A stretch of DNA of 64,000 nucleotides from Catajapyx aquilonaris. Its lineage: Eukaryota. Positions 35,853 through 48,108 of this stretch are shown here, piece by piece; the first letter of the stretch is position 1; each line of letters begins with the position of its first letter. Both the position numbers and the translations under genes were made by a program. The stretch is taken from NCBI GenBank assembly GCA_000934665.2, contig KZ538067.1:62001-126000 (forward strand), in the 5' to 3' direction. Below the pieces are notes generated by a model, which had not been told where the DNA came from, made no database searches, and saw only the letters and a program-made list of their open reading frames with translations.

Positions 35853-35949
35853 CATTCACAACAATCCATTCGCCATTGACGCTCTCATCTGCCTGGGCCT
35901 GTGAAGCGGCAGCTGTGTCAGGAACATGTTGTTGTTGTTGTGCAGCAGT

Positions 35950-35980
<31 letters not shown>

Positions 35981-36981
35981 GAAGTAGCAGTAGCAGCAGT
36001 TTCTGCAGCCTGCCTTGCAAAAGTTGCATTGGCAGCAGCCATGGCAGCTTCCCTGGCTGCAAGTCGCACACTCCTTTCAATAGGATCCTCTTCCATATTC
36101 GCACCACAGTGGGTAAATTTGCCTCCATTATGAACATCAACATCGACATTTATTCCAAAGGGATCCAGGGCAGCGGCAACTACTTCACCTATCTGTCGCA
36201 GGTATGAATCGGCATTATCATTGCCAACATGCTCAGGCTGACCAGACTCTGGGCGAGCAGATTCACTGCCCTCATTCTGGTCGCCAGACTGTGGATGAGA
36301 GGTATCCATCCCCTCATTCTGGCAGCCATGATGACGACGGTGATGCCTCCCTCCACAGTGGTGCCGACGTCCTCGGAAAGGATATCGGAATGCACCCTCA
36401 AGCCGGTCACCTGCGAATGCTCCGAGAGTTCCTCCAAGTAGATTTGATATGCGTCCCATGGCGCATCTGATACGATTACCATCGATGCTCCCTGTGAGAC
36501 GCACCATCATGTGTTGCGGGTGCTCGCCCTTTGACTCACATGCAGCACAGAGGTCGTAATCAGGGCACTGGATACACTTATATCGATAGCCCGTCACGCC
36601 ACCATTGCATCCATCACATGTAACATGGGGATGTATATTCCCAGCAGCTGATTTCGGCTGTGCTGCAGCTGCACTACCTCGGGGTTTGACGTACAATCGG
36701 GTCATTGTTGGCATCTCAGCAATGGCAACTCGAAGATCAGGAGCACCAGAAATAGTGATCTCATCGCCCTCAGAATCTAGCCAGGTTATAGTATATTCAT
36801 CAGTGAGGTTACGTCCAGTCAAAGTGCAGTAGCTTGATAATAGGGGAAATGTTGTGCAAATTTTCAGACGAAGCTGGCCAAAGTCCACAGACTCTTCTGG
36901 AGAGAGTGTGAATCGGCGAATTTCTTCAGCACCATCAGAGGTCACTAGGTGTACTTTGAATGGGTTGTTTGGAGCCGTCAT
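35853..36981 (-). CDS. SQSTM1: Sequestosome-1/p62, first coding exon (PB1, ZZ, LIR)
   Basis: PB1 (FKVHL; WLDSEGDEITI), ZZ (CDGC...YKCIQCPDYDLCAAC...H..H), LIR-like EWIVV. Acceptor ttgacag|36998 makes aaaATG at 36981 the likely start rather than 37014. Phase-1 donor G|gtaaca at 35853 matches the last exon; ~594 aa in total. Confidence 0.93.
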
Positions 36982-37086
36982 TTTAGCCGGAATCTTCCCT
37001 GTCAACCAAGACATAAAAATGAATAAAAGAGTCCAGGATGTTTATCATATTGTTACAGTCTAAGGAATTAGTCCTTCACTATAATA

Positions 37087-37445
37087 CAGTAAAACTTCTA
37101 TAAACTTCCCTAAGTTGAAGTTCTCTCTAAGTCGAAGAAAATTATGAGCTTCGTTGGTCACGATGGAAAATAATAGGAAATAAACTTCCCTAACTCGAAT
37201 TTCTATAACTCGAAGTTCTCCATAACTCGAAGTTCAGGCAGGGCCTTACAATGGGATATCAATGCATTTTCAGTCTCCCTAAGTCGAAGTTCATGTTGGC
37301 GAATACGGAAAATTTTCTCATTTCCCAGCCGAAGGGTCGAGAGTAGGTCACATGTACAGAAAGGCTCAATTTCCTGATCTCCGTTTATCAGACGTACCGA
37401 AAGAAGTGTTTGACTCGATTGTGAAAATTGAATCCTTGAATCTAA
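37087..37445. mobile_element. Tigger/pogo-like element fragment
   Basis: TA|CAGTAAAACTTC start, TAACTCGAA repeats; 37180-37445 is the reverse complement of ~63740-64000. Confidence 0.75.
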
Positions 37446-37731
37446 GAGGTACGCAAATGTCCAGAGATATAGAGATCAGGTGCCGCCCTCTCTCAAATTA
37501 ATCCTATAGGCCTAAGGAACATGTGTACCAAGTGGCACCTTCTTATCACAAAGTGCAAAGTTAAAATGCTTAGCGCCCGGACTATAAGGAGTGTGGCCAA
37601 TATATTTTCAAGTTTTAAAAAACAGGTAGAAAACTAACAACAACAACAATAATAATAATAATAATAACAATAACAACAACAATAACCATAATCTGTGTAA
37701 TTGTGCCTATCCCACGTCCCATTTGCTCCTC

Positions 37732-37841
37732 CCCAGGTAGAACAAAAAGTTGGGCCAATATTGGAGCCAATATTGGCCCAATATCTAAGATATTGGGCCA
37801 ACATTCATCCAATATTGGCCCAACTTTTTGTGCTACCTGGG
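37732..37841. mobile_element. Tiny EnSpm/CMC-like palindromic MITE
   Basis: TC|CCCAGGTAG...CTACCTGGG|TC; internal TTGG.CCAATAT repeats. Confidence 0.75.
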
Positions 37842-38779
37842 TCGTGTTGGCAATTTTTTCTGACTTTTGGTGATACCTGCTGTGATGCTGTCCATCAACA
37901 TTGTAATTGACAGAACCCATTGACAGAACATACGGGAAGTGTGGGGTAAAGTTATAAAGTGAACTATACTCTGACCTAACCTACCCTATTCTAACAATCT
38001 CTTGAATCGCCACTCAACCTGCACAGAAGTATGGCTGCCTGCATGACACAAATGTAAGGTTGAAGTTCATCTACATAAGTTTGCACTTCTAGGCCTACAT
38101 GGCTTTTCCCTCATAATTATTATTTTTTCCACGCTCCTCAGACTATAGGTCCCTTGGGCAGTTTGCTACCCTACTTCAAAATGTAGAATTTACATAGCCT
38201 ACGAAGCGGTTCCAGAAACTTAGAAGCGGTTCCAGAAACTTAGTAACCACTCCATTTTCTTGATAACATCCCACATTTTAAATGACAAAGTTTGTGTTTG
38301 TTCAGATTTGGTTACCATGGAAACAGGCTGTGTGAAGAATGGGTTCCGCTGCTAGTGTGTTCATAAATGCACACAGAAATTGCCCCATATTGCATCACAC
38401 TGAAACTGGCCTCCGTCTGCCACCTCCCAAATTCTAATGCCAATTCAACACTCAACTGCTTACACGTACGCCCTTCGGAATAAGTAATTTCATATAACCT
38501 ATTCTCATTCCAAATGTTGTTCCGATTTCATCATAACGCCCACAGAGTGCTACAAATAATAGCAACTAATGAACAATAATGGTGCAACTGGTATACCTAC
38601 TTGGAGCACTACACACTACCATACCAATGCAAATAAGCGTCGATGACTTCTGTTCTAACAAAATACTTCCGCAGCACTACAAGTCCAAGCAAACAGCTAC
38701 CGGTAGTGCTGATACTAGGCCAGCTGGCAACCTGCCTTTGTTGTGTTTTCCATACAGGCAACCCACCACACAAACTCAC

Positions 38780-38893
38780 CTTCGGGTATAGTGACACAGC
38801 AGAAACGTAACTTCGTAACTCTTGCAGATAACTCGACTGGAGAACAGACAAGGTTGAAGTGATGCCAATGCCGATGTCCTTATTGCTTTTATA
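38780..38893 (-). promoter_or_regulatory. SQSTM1: SQSTM1 core promoter (TATA 38893-38887, Inr-like ~38860) and non-coding exon 1
   Basis: On -: gggggTATAAAAgc, ~30 nt later GCATCACTT, then donor AAG|gtgagt at 38780. Confidence 0.7.
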
Positions 38894-38987
38894 CCCCCTT
38901 TCCCTTTTCGTGCTCAGGTGATCTCACCAACTCACGAGACAAAACAAAAAATTGCAAAAATGCACCCTCACCCCGCACGAGTCAGAA

Positions 38988-38995
38988 TCACATGA
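38988..38995. promoter_or_regulatory. M-box/CLEAR-like E-box TCATGTGA (MiT/TFE site)
   Basis: TCACATGA on +, ~130 bp upstream of the putative p62 TSS. Confidence 0.5.
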
Positions 38996-39064
38996 TTCTC
39001 ACATTGCCACATCCACTCTACACTATCGAACGTGGGAGAGTGGTAATGTGGCAACGTTGAAGAA

Positions 39065-39084
39065 GGAAGGTTCGTGAACGTTCT
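39065..39084. promoter_or_regulatory. Heat-shock element, four perfect alternating nGAAn units
   Basis: gGAAggTTCgtGAAcgTTCt about 205 bp upstream of the putative p62 TSS. Confidence 0.75.
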
Positions 39085-40735
39085 AGTTACGATATGCAAG
39101 GCACAACAAAACGTTATGGTATCGTCATAGGCGACGATGAAATGGCGGAATTTTGAATACAGTTTCATGGTTGCATGTACTTCTCGTAACGTAGAGAATC
39201 ATCTAGAATTTATTACGTTGTCATGCAGTTTTTTCGGGTGGATATTTTGCGTTGAATTGCGATGTATTGCTACGACCACATTATATGCTGGAACGAATTT
39301 TAATGGGGAAAAAAGGTATGTTTTTATATGTACGGTGGATCAAAACAAGATGGTCAATCGGCTAGTGTCCAGTTGCACTGCAATCAGAAAACATTTTTGG
39401 TAGGATTTTTTTTAAGCCGGCAGAAAAATTTATGGTGTTGACAGCATAGTCTATTTTTCAACTTTCCTAATTGCAATTTTCGAATGTTCTGGGTTAGGTG
39501 CCAACCATAATATAGTTGAGGTTTTCTGAGATTTCCTGGTTGCTATTGCTAACATGACACATATTTCATGATGCGGTTACCATTTCAGAATGGCCATGGC
39601 CACTTCCATCCCTATACCCTTGTGCTTTACATCAGCTATGTAGGTTTGGCAGTGAAGACATACTATTGGCATGGAAATGGTACGGACACTAGGGGCTAAG
39701 CTGACCATTAACAGGTGTCTTTACCATTTCCACACCAATAGTACTTATGGCAGCCAGAACACCTGATCCCCAATACACCCCAAGATTATACAACTTGCTT
39801 ATTACCGAATTTTTGGATGGACCTAGGATGAGATTTTCACTGTATTTCTGTAGCATATAAATGAAACCTGCCTAGTATAAAGTGTTCTCAGAACAGACGA
39901 CTCTACTGTGCACAGTCTCCCTGTAAAATTATTATTTGGGCATTTCCATGATGCATCCGTCCGTTCGTAACACAAGTTTTGCTTACGTGCACAACTGTAT
40001 TTTATTATAACAATGTCAGGATGCATGCACTGCATGCTTAATCCGTTTCATGCAATGTGTGTGTATTGTTACAATAAAATATGCTAGTACATGTCTGCAA
40101 AACCTGCATTAAGAACGGACAGTATGTCTATGTTTGCGTGGAAATGCCCATTTATGGATATATTTCTTAGCTCAGCCCTACACCTGCAAACAGTGACTCA
40201 TGCATATCTGTTTCTTCATGACATAGGCACAAGGAAAATAATTTGCAAGTCAGACATGGATACATGAGAGAAATAGGTGTAGATATGGATATTGTCACTA
40301 CCAGAAAATATTCTGGGTGAAAAAGCTGTCCAGTATAAGGAGCCTATCTTTTAATTCAGCAAATGGAGGTTATGGACAATAAAATGCAGCTAAGTTCTAT
40401 TATAAGAAGCAGTTCATAAATTACCAAGACAGCATTTCCAGTTTATGGAAGTTAAAACTCTATAACTTTGTGAGCAACCAATTTGGTAATATTTTCTTTG
40501 ACTCATAAAGAACCTTGATATAGGAAAGTTCATCTTGTAGAAGTTATTCCACAGTTATTGTCAAGAATGACTCAGTATAAACAGGGTAGAAGCAAGATCT
40601 TACATCTATGCTGGTATCACCATGCTCGTGCATTTGAAACTTGGTAAACTAGGAGTGCTTCTAACCGCCAGGCCATATGGTGAAAGAAAATATTATTCAA
40701 AATAGTTCGACCAAATTGTGAAATTTAACGACCTT

Positions 40736-40844
40736 GGGTGGAATTTTCGTCGTACAACTAGTTACTTTTAACTTAGTAGTACCAGTGTAATGCAATGGCA
40801 CTGCTAAGTTAGCAGTAACTAGTAGTACGACGAAAATACCACAT
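40736..40844. mobile_element. Small palindromic MITE (GGGTGGAATTTTCG family)
   Basis: Homologous to 30666-30797. Confidence 0.7.
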
Positions 40845-41719
40845 TACCACCCCTTCTTCTCAGCTAGTCAGTGACAAAGAGTGAAACCTGGCTATGGTTG
40901 AAACTTGTCCATTAAGACAATTTTTGTTTGGTTCCAGTGGGAAGTTTTCAAAGCATTTTTTTCTTATAACTTATAATGGAACCATGTTCAGAATGGAAAA
41001 CTTGTGCAGAAGAGTGAGACTCTAATGTCGACACATTTTTCTATTCTATAAAACAATTGGGATATTGGGAAATGCTGTAAAGCACTGGGGAAATTTAATT
41101 TTTGATCAATTTGTTGAAAAATATTTCAAACTGGCAAAGACATAAGTAATAACAATATACTGAAGAACATTTACAGTGTTATTTCAGTTTGCAAATTAAA
41201 ATGACCCCATTGCAATGCATGTCACTTACAGAATGATATGTGAGAAATAATATAATCATTACTACTAACGGATTTTAGGTCCTAAGAAACCCTCAAATAG
41301 GTAGGCATTTAGGTCCTGAAAACACTCAAAATAGGCTCTTAATAGGCAATAAAAATAAAGCAGATCCTAATTTATTTTCATTTCATTTTCACATATCTTT
41401 ATACAACGAAAATGACCTTTTGACGTCACACGAAGTAACTGGTTCATACTTGAAAAGTGAAATTTCTTCTATAGTAAGTTCATCAAACATGCCCACAGCT
41501 TCTTGTTGCAGGTAGAAGCAGGAGGAATGCCTTGAACGGAAAACCCGCAAAAATTCTCGAAAATCTTACAGAACAGCGTCAAAAAGGTGGAAATAGGTAG
41601 AAATATGCGCTAATAGGCCATTTAGTTCCCAATGTCCAAAATAGGCAATTTTAGGTTCTATAAAACTACAATATTTGAGGTCCTTGTGTTATAAAAGGGA
41701 TAGATATTTTGGTTCTGGT

Positions 41720-42485
41720 GTGCTGCCACATCTACGACAACTGGCTGCATGTCAACTGGCTGTCTTGTCAACTGGCTGCCTGGTAACTGGCCGCAGGTTG
41801 TTTGGAACACCGACAATGTTGCCAAACGGGATTGGCTGGTGTGCATCAAATCATTCGTAATAAAAAATTTATTGAACATGAGGGCACAATTACGTATATC
41901 AGCGTCAGGTTGAAGGTTGGCAAAGCTGCAATAATGTTCGTTGGCCTGCTGCGCCACAAGACGGACAGTATTGGTGCGGTCACCGCAAAGCCATACAGAT
42001 GACACCAACACAACGGGAACAGCCTTTTTCGTTAATAAACCTTAAGGTTGACAAAGCCACAATAGTGTTCATTGGCCTGCGACAGTACAAGATGGACAAT
42101 AAATGTTGCGGATTCACAACTCACAATTAGCGCCTAGCTCCGCTATTGCTCCGCATTAACTAAAATTATCACGCACGGGCGACGTACCGTGCCTGGCAGG
42201 GCCACAAGACAGTATTGGTGCAGTCACCCCAAAGCCATACAGATGACACCAACAGAACGGGCACAGCCTTTTTCGTTATTAGCCTAAAAAAGGCCAAGTT
42301 GCATTTATGTACTCCGCTTTACATTACTGCAAAAACCTTATGTCAACAGCCATTTGATCCAGTAATTCTGACCGCAGTCAATTTAATCAGCAACCAAAAG
42401 GCAGCAGCCATTTGTACATTTTTATTGCAGCCAAATGGCACAGCAGCCAGTTGCGACCTACAGCCAGTTGCCAGTTGTCGGGATA
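41720..42485. mobile_element. Non-autonomous DNA transposon with CAACTGGC subterminal repeats, nested in an older relic (~41265-42527)
   Basis: CGACAACTGGCTG repeats at the left end, inverted CAGCCAGTTG..CG at the right; internal ~100-bp direct repeats (~41960, ~42205). Confidence 0.55.
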
Positions 42486-42652
42486 CCGTAATAAAAAGTA
42501 GGCAAAAACCTAGAAATCCATTCTCTAATCATTACTTAACAGTCTTACAGTAATGAAGACATGAAAATCACTTTGTAAAGTAAATGAAATTTTATCAAAA
42601 ATGTTCTTTCATGACTGCGAGAATTCTATTCATGTAACCTGATACATGCAAA

Positions 42653-43520
42653 TCTATATCTATATTTTAGTTAGTTAGTTTGTGAGTTTCTTTGTCCCTT
42701 ATAGAAATCCAGGGGAATCGCCTTAAACTAGCTCATGGGGGTTACTTTTTTCGAGGAATTTAATGGGGCATGTTTCAGCTCCCGAAAATGAACCTAACTC
42801 CCACAACACGCATATTCCAGAATCTTCTCACTACTCGGGCCTCAACAATTAACTTACATCAACATCAATAACAATATACCAATATATTAGGGTTCCCATG
42901 GAAATGCCCTTATGCAACAATAATACCTAGCAGATTAAACCATCCCCGTAAATTCAACGCATCCACCAATTACGCTAATTGGCCACCTCACGTGCCTTCG
43001 TATCGTATAGTGATTCCGGGATTTTGTGGGATTTGAAAGAAGACTTCCAGACAAAAATAAATACAAAAAATAATACAGTATTTACAAATATTACTCCGTG
43101 TTGAAAACAACATTTCCCACCATGCATCTGTACATACATTTCTAAAGTTCTTCAGAGCAAACATATGGAGGGAGGTGGAGGTGTGAAGTGGGATTGGAGG
43201 GTAAAGGGGTCAAAAATGCAGAGAAAAAAACACATGGCTGTGCAGTCTTTTCCTGGGCCAACTCCATCAGCATTCCTCTTTTTACAGACCCAATCAGAAT
43301 ATCTGTGTTGACTATACGCTATAAGACAAGCAGGTAATCTATCACAGATAGTGCCAAACTTTGGCTTATTGTAACGTATAAGGCCTATTTTAAGACATCA
43401 AGTTTCAAGTGTATGGAAGGAAAATTTTTACAAACAAACACACTTCCTAAAATTCTGTACATGTACCCCTACCTTTACCAGCACCCCAACATACCTGGGC
43501 AACGCCGGGTAACCTGCTAG
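42653..43520 (+). mobile_element. Non-autonomous Helitron (long copy)
   Basis: A|TCTATATC start, hairpin GGGCAACGCCGGG followed by CTAG|T; first ~250 bp homologous to 20103-20403. Confidence 0.85.
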
Positions 43521-43663
43521 TAGCCACATAAACCAACAGAATAATATGAAAGGAACATTTTATTAAAATACAGTCATAGTGTGGAAATGCACATATTCTG
43601 ACCAAGTATAATAATACAAGTACAATGTAACTCTTCACTTGATCCAGTGGCTTTTCCATTGGT

Positions 43664-43795
43664 CTACTTTTTTGTTTTCCTTTTTTTAGACTGTGCCTTT
43701 CGCTTGACTCCTGATGCAACCTTCCTTTTCTTTGTTTCCTTTGACAGTTGCTTGCTGATTTTACGCTTTGTACCCTGGGTTGGATCAACCACAAA
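43664..43795 (-). CDS. UTP20: UTP20 last coding exon
   Basis: ttacag|FVVDPTQGTKRKISK...KTKK*; AATAAA on - at 43559-43564. Confidence 0.85.
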   Translation of the reverse strand, partial: FVVDPTQGTKRKISKQLSKETKKRKVASGVKRKAQSKKRKTKK

Positions 43796-43880
43796 CTGTA
43801 AGAAAAAAAAGAACAATAACGATTGTCCTATATCAATGTGAAATACAATTATCAGTTTTTATTTTATTTTCAAATATTAC

Positions 43881-43946
<66 letters not shown>

Positions 43947-46900
43947 TGTTATTTACTGCACCTGTGGCCTAGGCCGTATGGGCGGGTGGTTCGCACGGTA
44001 CAAAGTCTAATTGAATATCACAAAAAACGAGCAGATGACAAATCTCACAGAAAAATCTATACACCTGATACAGAACATATGATCTTTGAAAATTGAAAAC
44101 ATGTGCTGTGGAGGAACATTTGGTACATATTTTTCCAAATCAATTCTTTGTGTATTAAAAAAAAAGAGCAGACATACATTACATGGAAGAGATCGAAGTC
44201 TTGCAACATGTTACATAAAGTGCACATACTCTGAGATGCAAAAGCAAACCTATAGTTATTAACCCATATTGACTGAGTCTTGTTTCTTAGGTTTGCCAAA
44301 AATCTGGTAATTTTTACTGGAGATTATAATTAAAATAAATTTCTCTTACATAGCTCAAATCCTTAAGCACTGTGTAATTTGCATATCTTTTAGATCTCGT
44401 GAGTCTGTCGCGATCACTTTGTATTGTCTCGTCGTAAATACGCATCAAGTGAGGAACCAGCCATTGAACAACTTCTCGACTTCAAGTAACCAAGGGGATC
44501 TCTTGTCTTTCTCTAACGATCTTAGGTATTGGAAACAGAATATAGCGTAACTGCAGCTATTCGTAGTCTCCCTATTTAACCTGTTAACCCTTTGACGACT
44601 ACAGACATCATATGATGTCCAAGCATACTTTCCTGCAGGGCCTACGGACATCATGTGACGTCTTGAGATTTGCCCTGACAACTTGGGACATTTTCCAACT
44701 CGTAAAATTTCGACCTCACCGATTTTCTTGAAATTCGGTGCATTGGTAGCCCACCCCAAGGGATGAAAAACGCACCTATAGTTACCTTCTCAAAATGACC
44801 GTGACCCATATTGGAGGGGGGCATATGTCAATGCACCGAATTTCAAGAAATTGGCGAGGTCAGAATTTGACCTCTGCCCTCATCAGAATGGGGTCACAGG
44901 GTCATTTTGAGTAGGTAACTATATGTGCGTTTTTCATCTCTTGGAGTGGGCTACCAATGCACCGAATTTCAAGAGAATCGGTGAGGTTGGAATTTGACCT
45001 CTGCCCTCCTCAAAAATGGGTCACAGGGTCATTTTGATCAGGTACAAGTAACTATAGGTACCGGGTAATCTGGGGGTAATCCGGGCAGTCCGTGGATTAT
45101 TATTCATTAACATCCCTCTTCATCAAATTTCCAGAAAAGGGGACAAAGAACTCACGCCCTCGGGTAAGGCAATGGCTCAAAAACTCCGTCGTCAAAGGGT
45201 TAATCAAGTTAATCGTAATCTTAAGTATTTTTATGATCATTGGCCTTCTACCCGTTTCTAACCGGAGGAAATTTTCAAATATTACATTGTCTTGTATCCT
45301 TTTTACAAGGTTGACACAAATGAAAATGGACCATTTAAACATATTCAGCCTAGGTCATGATAAATGAGCACGCAGGTATCATGGCAATTTGCCAAAGTCT
45401 CCTTTGGAAGGCTCAAATTGTTCGATTGACATTGGAGCAAAATCAGTGTGACATGAGAGCTGAATATCAGATCCCACCCAAGTGGGCTTGCTGCGGAAGT
45501 GCTATGTAGAGCAGCAAGTTGTAATCCTATTCTTGGAGTCAGACAGAGTAACAGTGTAGTACACCCTGATGTTGGTTGAGCCCCAAAAAGTCTGGCAGGA
45601 ATCTCTTTCGGGATATCTTAGGATTCTATAATCATTCTGATGTCAATTTGGTCAATGAGTTGATAAGACCACATCATACATATGGCAATTTCTGGCTATC
45701 TCGACACACCTAAGTTTCAATTTTAATTGAAGCGTTGACAATTACCAACATAACAACTGCTGGTCCATGATCCTCTTTGTAAGCCTAGGTTACCAATGCA
45801 GCTTATACTTTATTCTTTAGTCAAATAACTCTCCACATTTTACTTACCTCTCTCTTTCTCTGTCCCTTCCGCTCCATCCTTTTCTTTGTGAGATGAGCTT
45901 GTGCCTGCTGCATCCCCCTGGCAAATTTCTCTGCCCCAACCCTTCCTCTGATCAAGTCAGCCACCTCACAAGCCAGTGATCTCAGATCTGCATCTGGACT
46001 GGTCTCAGAAGTCTCTCTGACCAGCAATGGCAGCATTGGGGGAAGTAGGTAGTGGAGTTGTGCTGGGGGCAACTCTAAGGAGACTGCTGCAAACCAATGG
46101 AATACCACCGTTCGCTAGATGGGAAAATATCATAGTGGATTAGCAGGCGTAGAGTGAAAAATCTGATTTGTAATAATTATTATAATTTGGGGCTTTTCAA
46201 CAATATTGTGATCATTACATTACGTTATGTTAATTTTTACTCTGATAAGCTCAAGGGAGTATTAACCTTGACTGTGTTCTTTGGTGTTTTTGTCAGTTCC
46301 ATGTTGGCTTCCTTCCTCATCCTCATGGTTAGCCACCTGAGGCTGAACCGTCTCTTCTCGTTGGGGTCACTCCCCTCATCCTCTTCCGGGTCCTCCACAA
46401 GTCCTGCATGAATCATGACCTTGGAAATAAAGACAAGATTCTTGGCTGCCTGTTCTCCTGTCTGTAGATCTGTCTCTCTGGGCTGTAGCTGGCAAGTCAG
46501 GTCGAAGGCCAGACCTCGAAGACGTTTCCGTACTGCAGTTGCATCCCCACAAAGAAGGTAGTCTTCTGGCTGATCTGAATGATCCAAGTTTGAGAGAGAT
46601 TTGGCCACTTCGCATGGGTCATAGGAAGAAAGCATCTGGCCTAGCAGCTGGGAGGCAGAAAGGCGCACCCAAGTATGCTCATGAAGGAGGTGGCTGCCTA
46701 TCATGCCTGAAATTAATTGGTTAAAAATTTTCAGTGTGAATCAGAAACAATTATCCAAAAATGACATCAAATATGCCATCATTCCACAGATGATATGTTT
46801 GTGGAGCTTCAGCACTTTGGGACTTTTTTGGCGGGTTTCCAGTGGAAACCTTGGGAATCGTTGTGAAATATGTGGTCATAGTAATTATTATCTTACAGCT

Positions 46901-48074
46901 ATATTTAAAAAAATAACTGACATGTGATATCCTCAGTCACTAGCTTCGAATATTATCAAATACACCACCCATAAAAGTACTCACTCCACACAGAGTTGAT
47001 CAGCTGATGCTCCTTCACCATTGCAGGGCATTTCCTGACCATTTTCATTATTGATCCCAGAGCCTGGAAAGCCAGGTGGTCTCTTCCCTCAACACTGTCA
47101 TTCCCTCCCTTTTTCTTCTTTTCACCACACTGCCCCTCATCCAGCATTGCTGTCAAGAGAGGCAATGCTTTTTCTGCCCTCTTCACCACATTTCCAACCT
47201 CCTCTGCCTCACAGAAGAGACCCAACACTTGTGTGCCAAGGCGTCGGAGGCTGTACTTCTTGGCCTTCAGCCAGGACACAACCACGCCAAACATGTGGTC
47301 TCGGTCTGAATTGTCTAGGCGTTCAATAAGGAGGCGGACACATGCTGCTGCCATTTCACGAAGGTCAGCCATCTCTTCATTGGCTAACCGGGAACACAGG
47401 GTCACAAATAGGAGGCCACAATACTCAGAAAGTGGGCGCTGGAAAATCAAGAAAACATTCAGTTGATAAACAGACTGTCCTTGGGATTCTCAGGCCTACA
47501 TAAATAAAAAGCATACCATTACTAAAACTAAACAAGATACTTCTGTAGTCTCATACCTTTGGAAATTTCTCCACCACACGATGGACCATTTCCAACACTG
47601 ACTCCCTACCAGTCGACTCTGGATAGGCCATCTGCTGTGTGAAGAACACTATATGCCTCTTGAGGCCCCTTCCAATTGGATATTCCAGAAGGAAGTGGAT
47701 GATCAGCTCTCTGGCCTGTGTCCTTACATGAGGAGCTGGGCTAGTCACGCACATCTGCATCACTTTGTCCATTACATCCCATATCTCAGTGCACATCAGT
47801 TGCCTTGCCACTACAGCTCTCAGCAAACCAAAAGCTGTTGACTGTCTTGTGGAATCCTCTAAATCTTGCTCGCACCTGTGGAAGGTTATTAATAATAATA
47901 AGCAGACAGTATCAATTACAATGCTTATTTTAGCTTGAAATGAGCAATGAAGATATTTCTGTAGGTAAAGATCCATTGTGATGGTACTGTCACAACTCCT
48001 GACCTAAGAATTTGCCAAAGGAATTACTTCTCCAAGTCTGAAGCTGATGTGTATGCCTAGATCCTGGTTCATGT

Positions 48075-48108
<34 letters not shown>

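Noticed and set aside
36982..37014. p62 start at ATG 37014 as in the ORF track
   Set aside because: That ATG lies in the pyrimidine-rich tract upstream of the acceptor ending at 36999, so it is probably intronic; ATG 36981 is preferred.
38975..38985. Nrf2/CncC antioxidant response element in the p62 promoter
   Set aside because: TGACTCGTGC (-) has the GC one base off the TGACnnnGC consensus.
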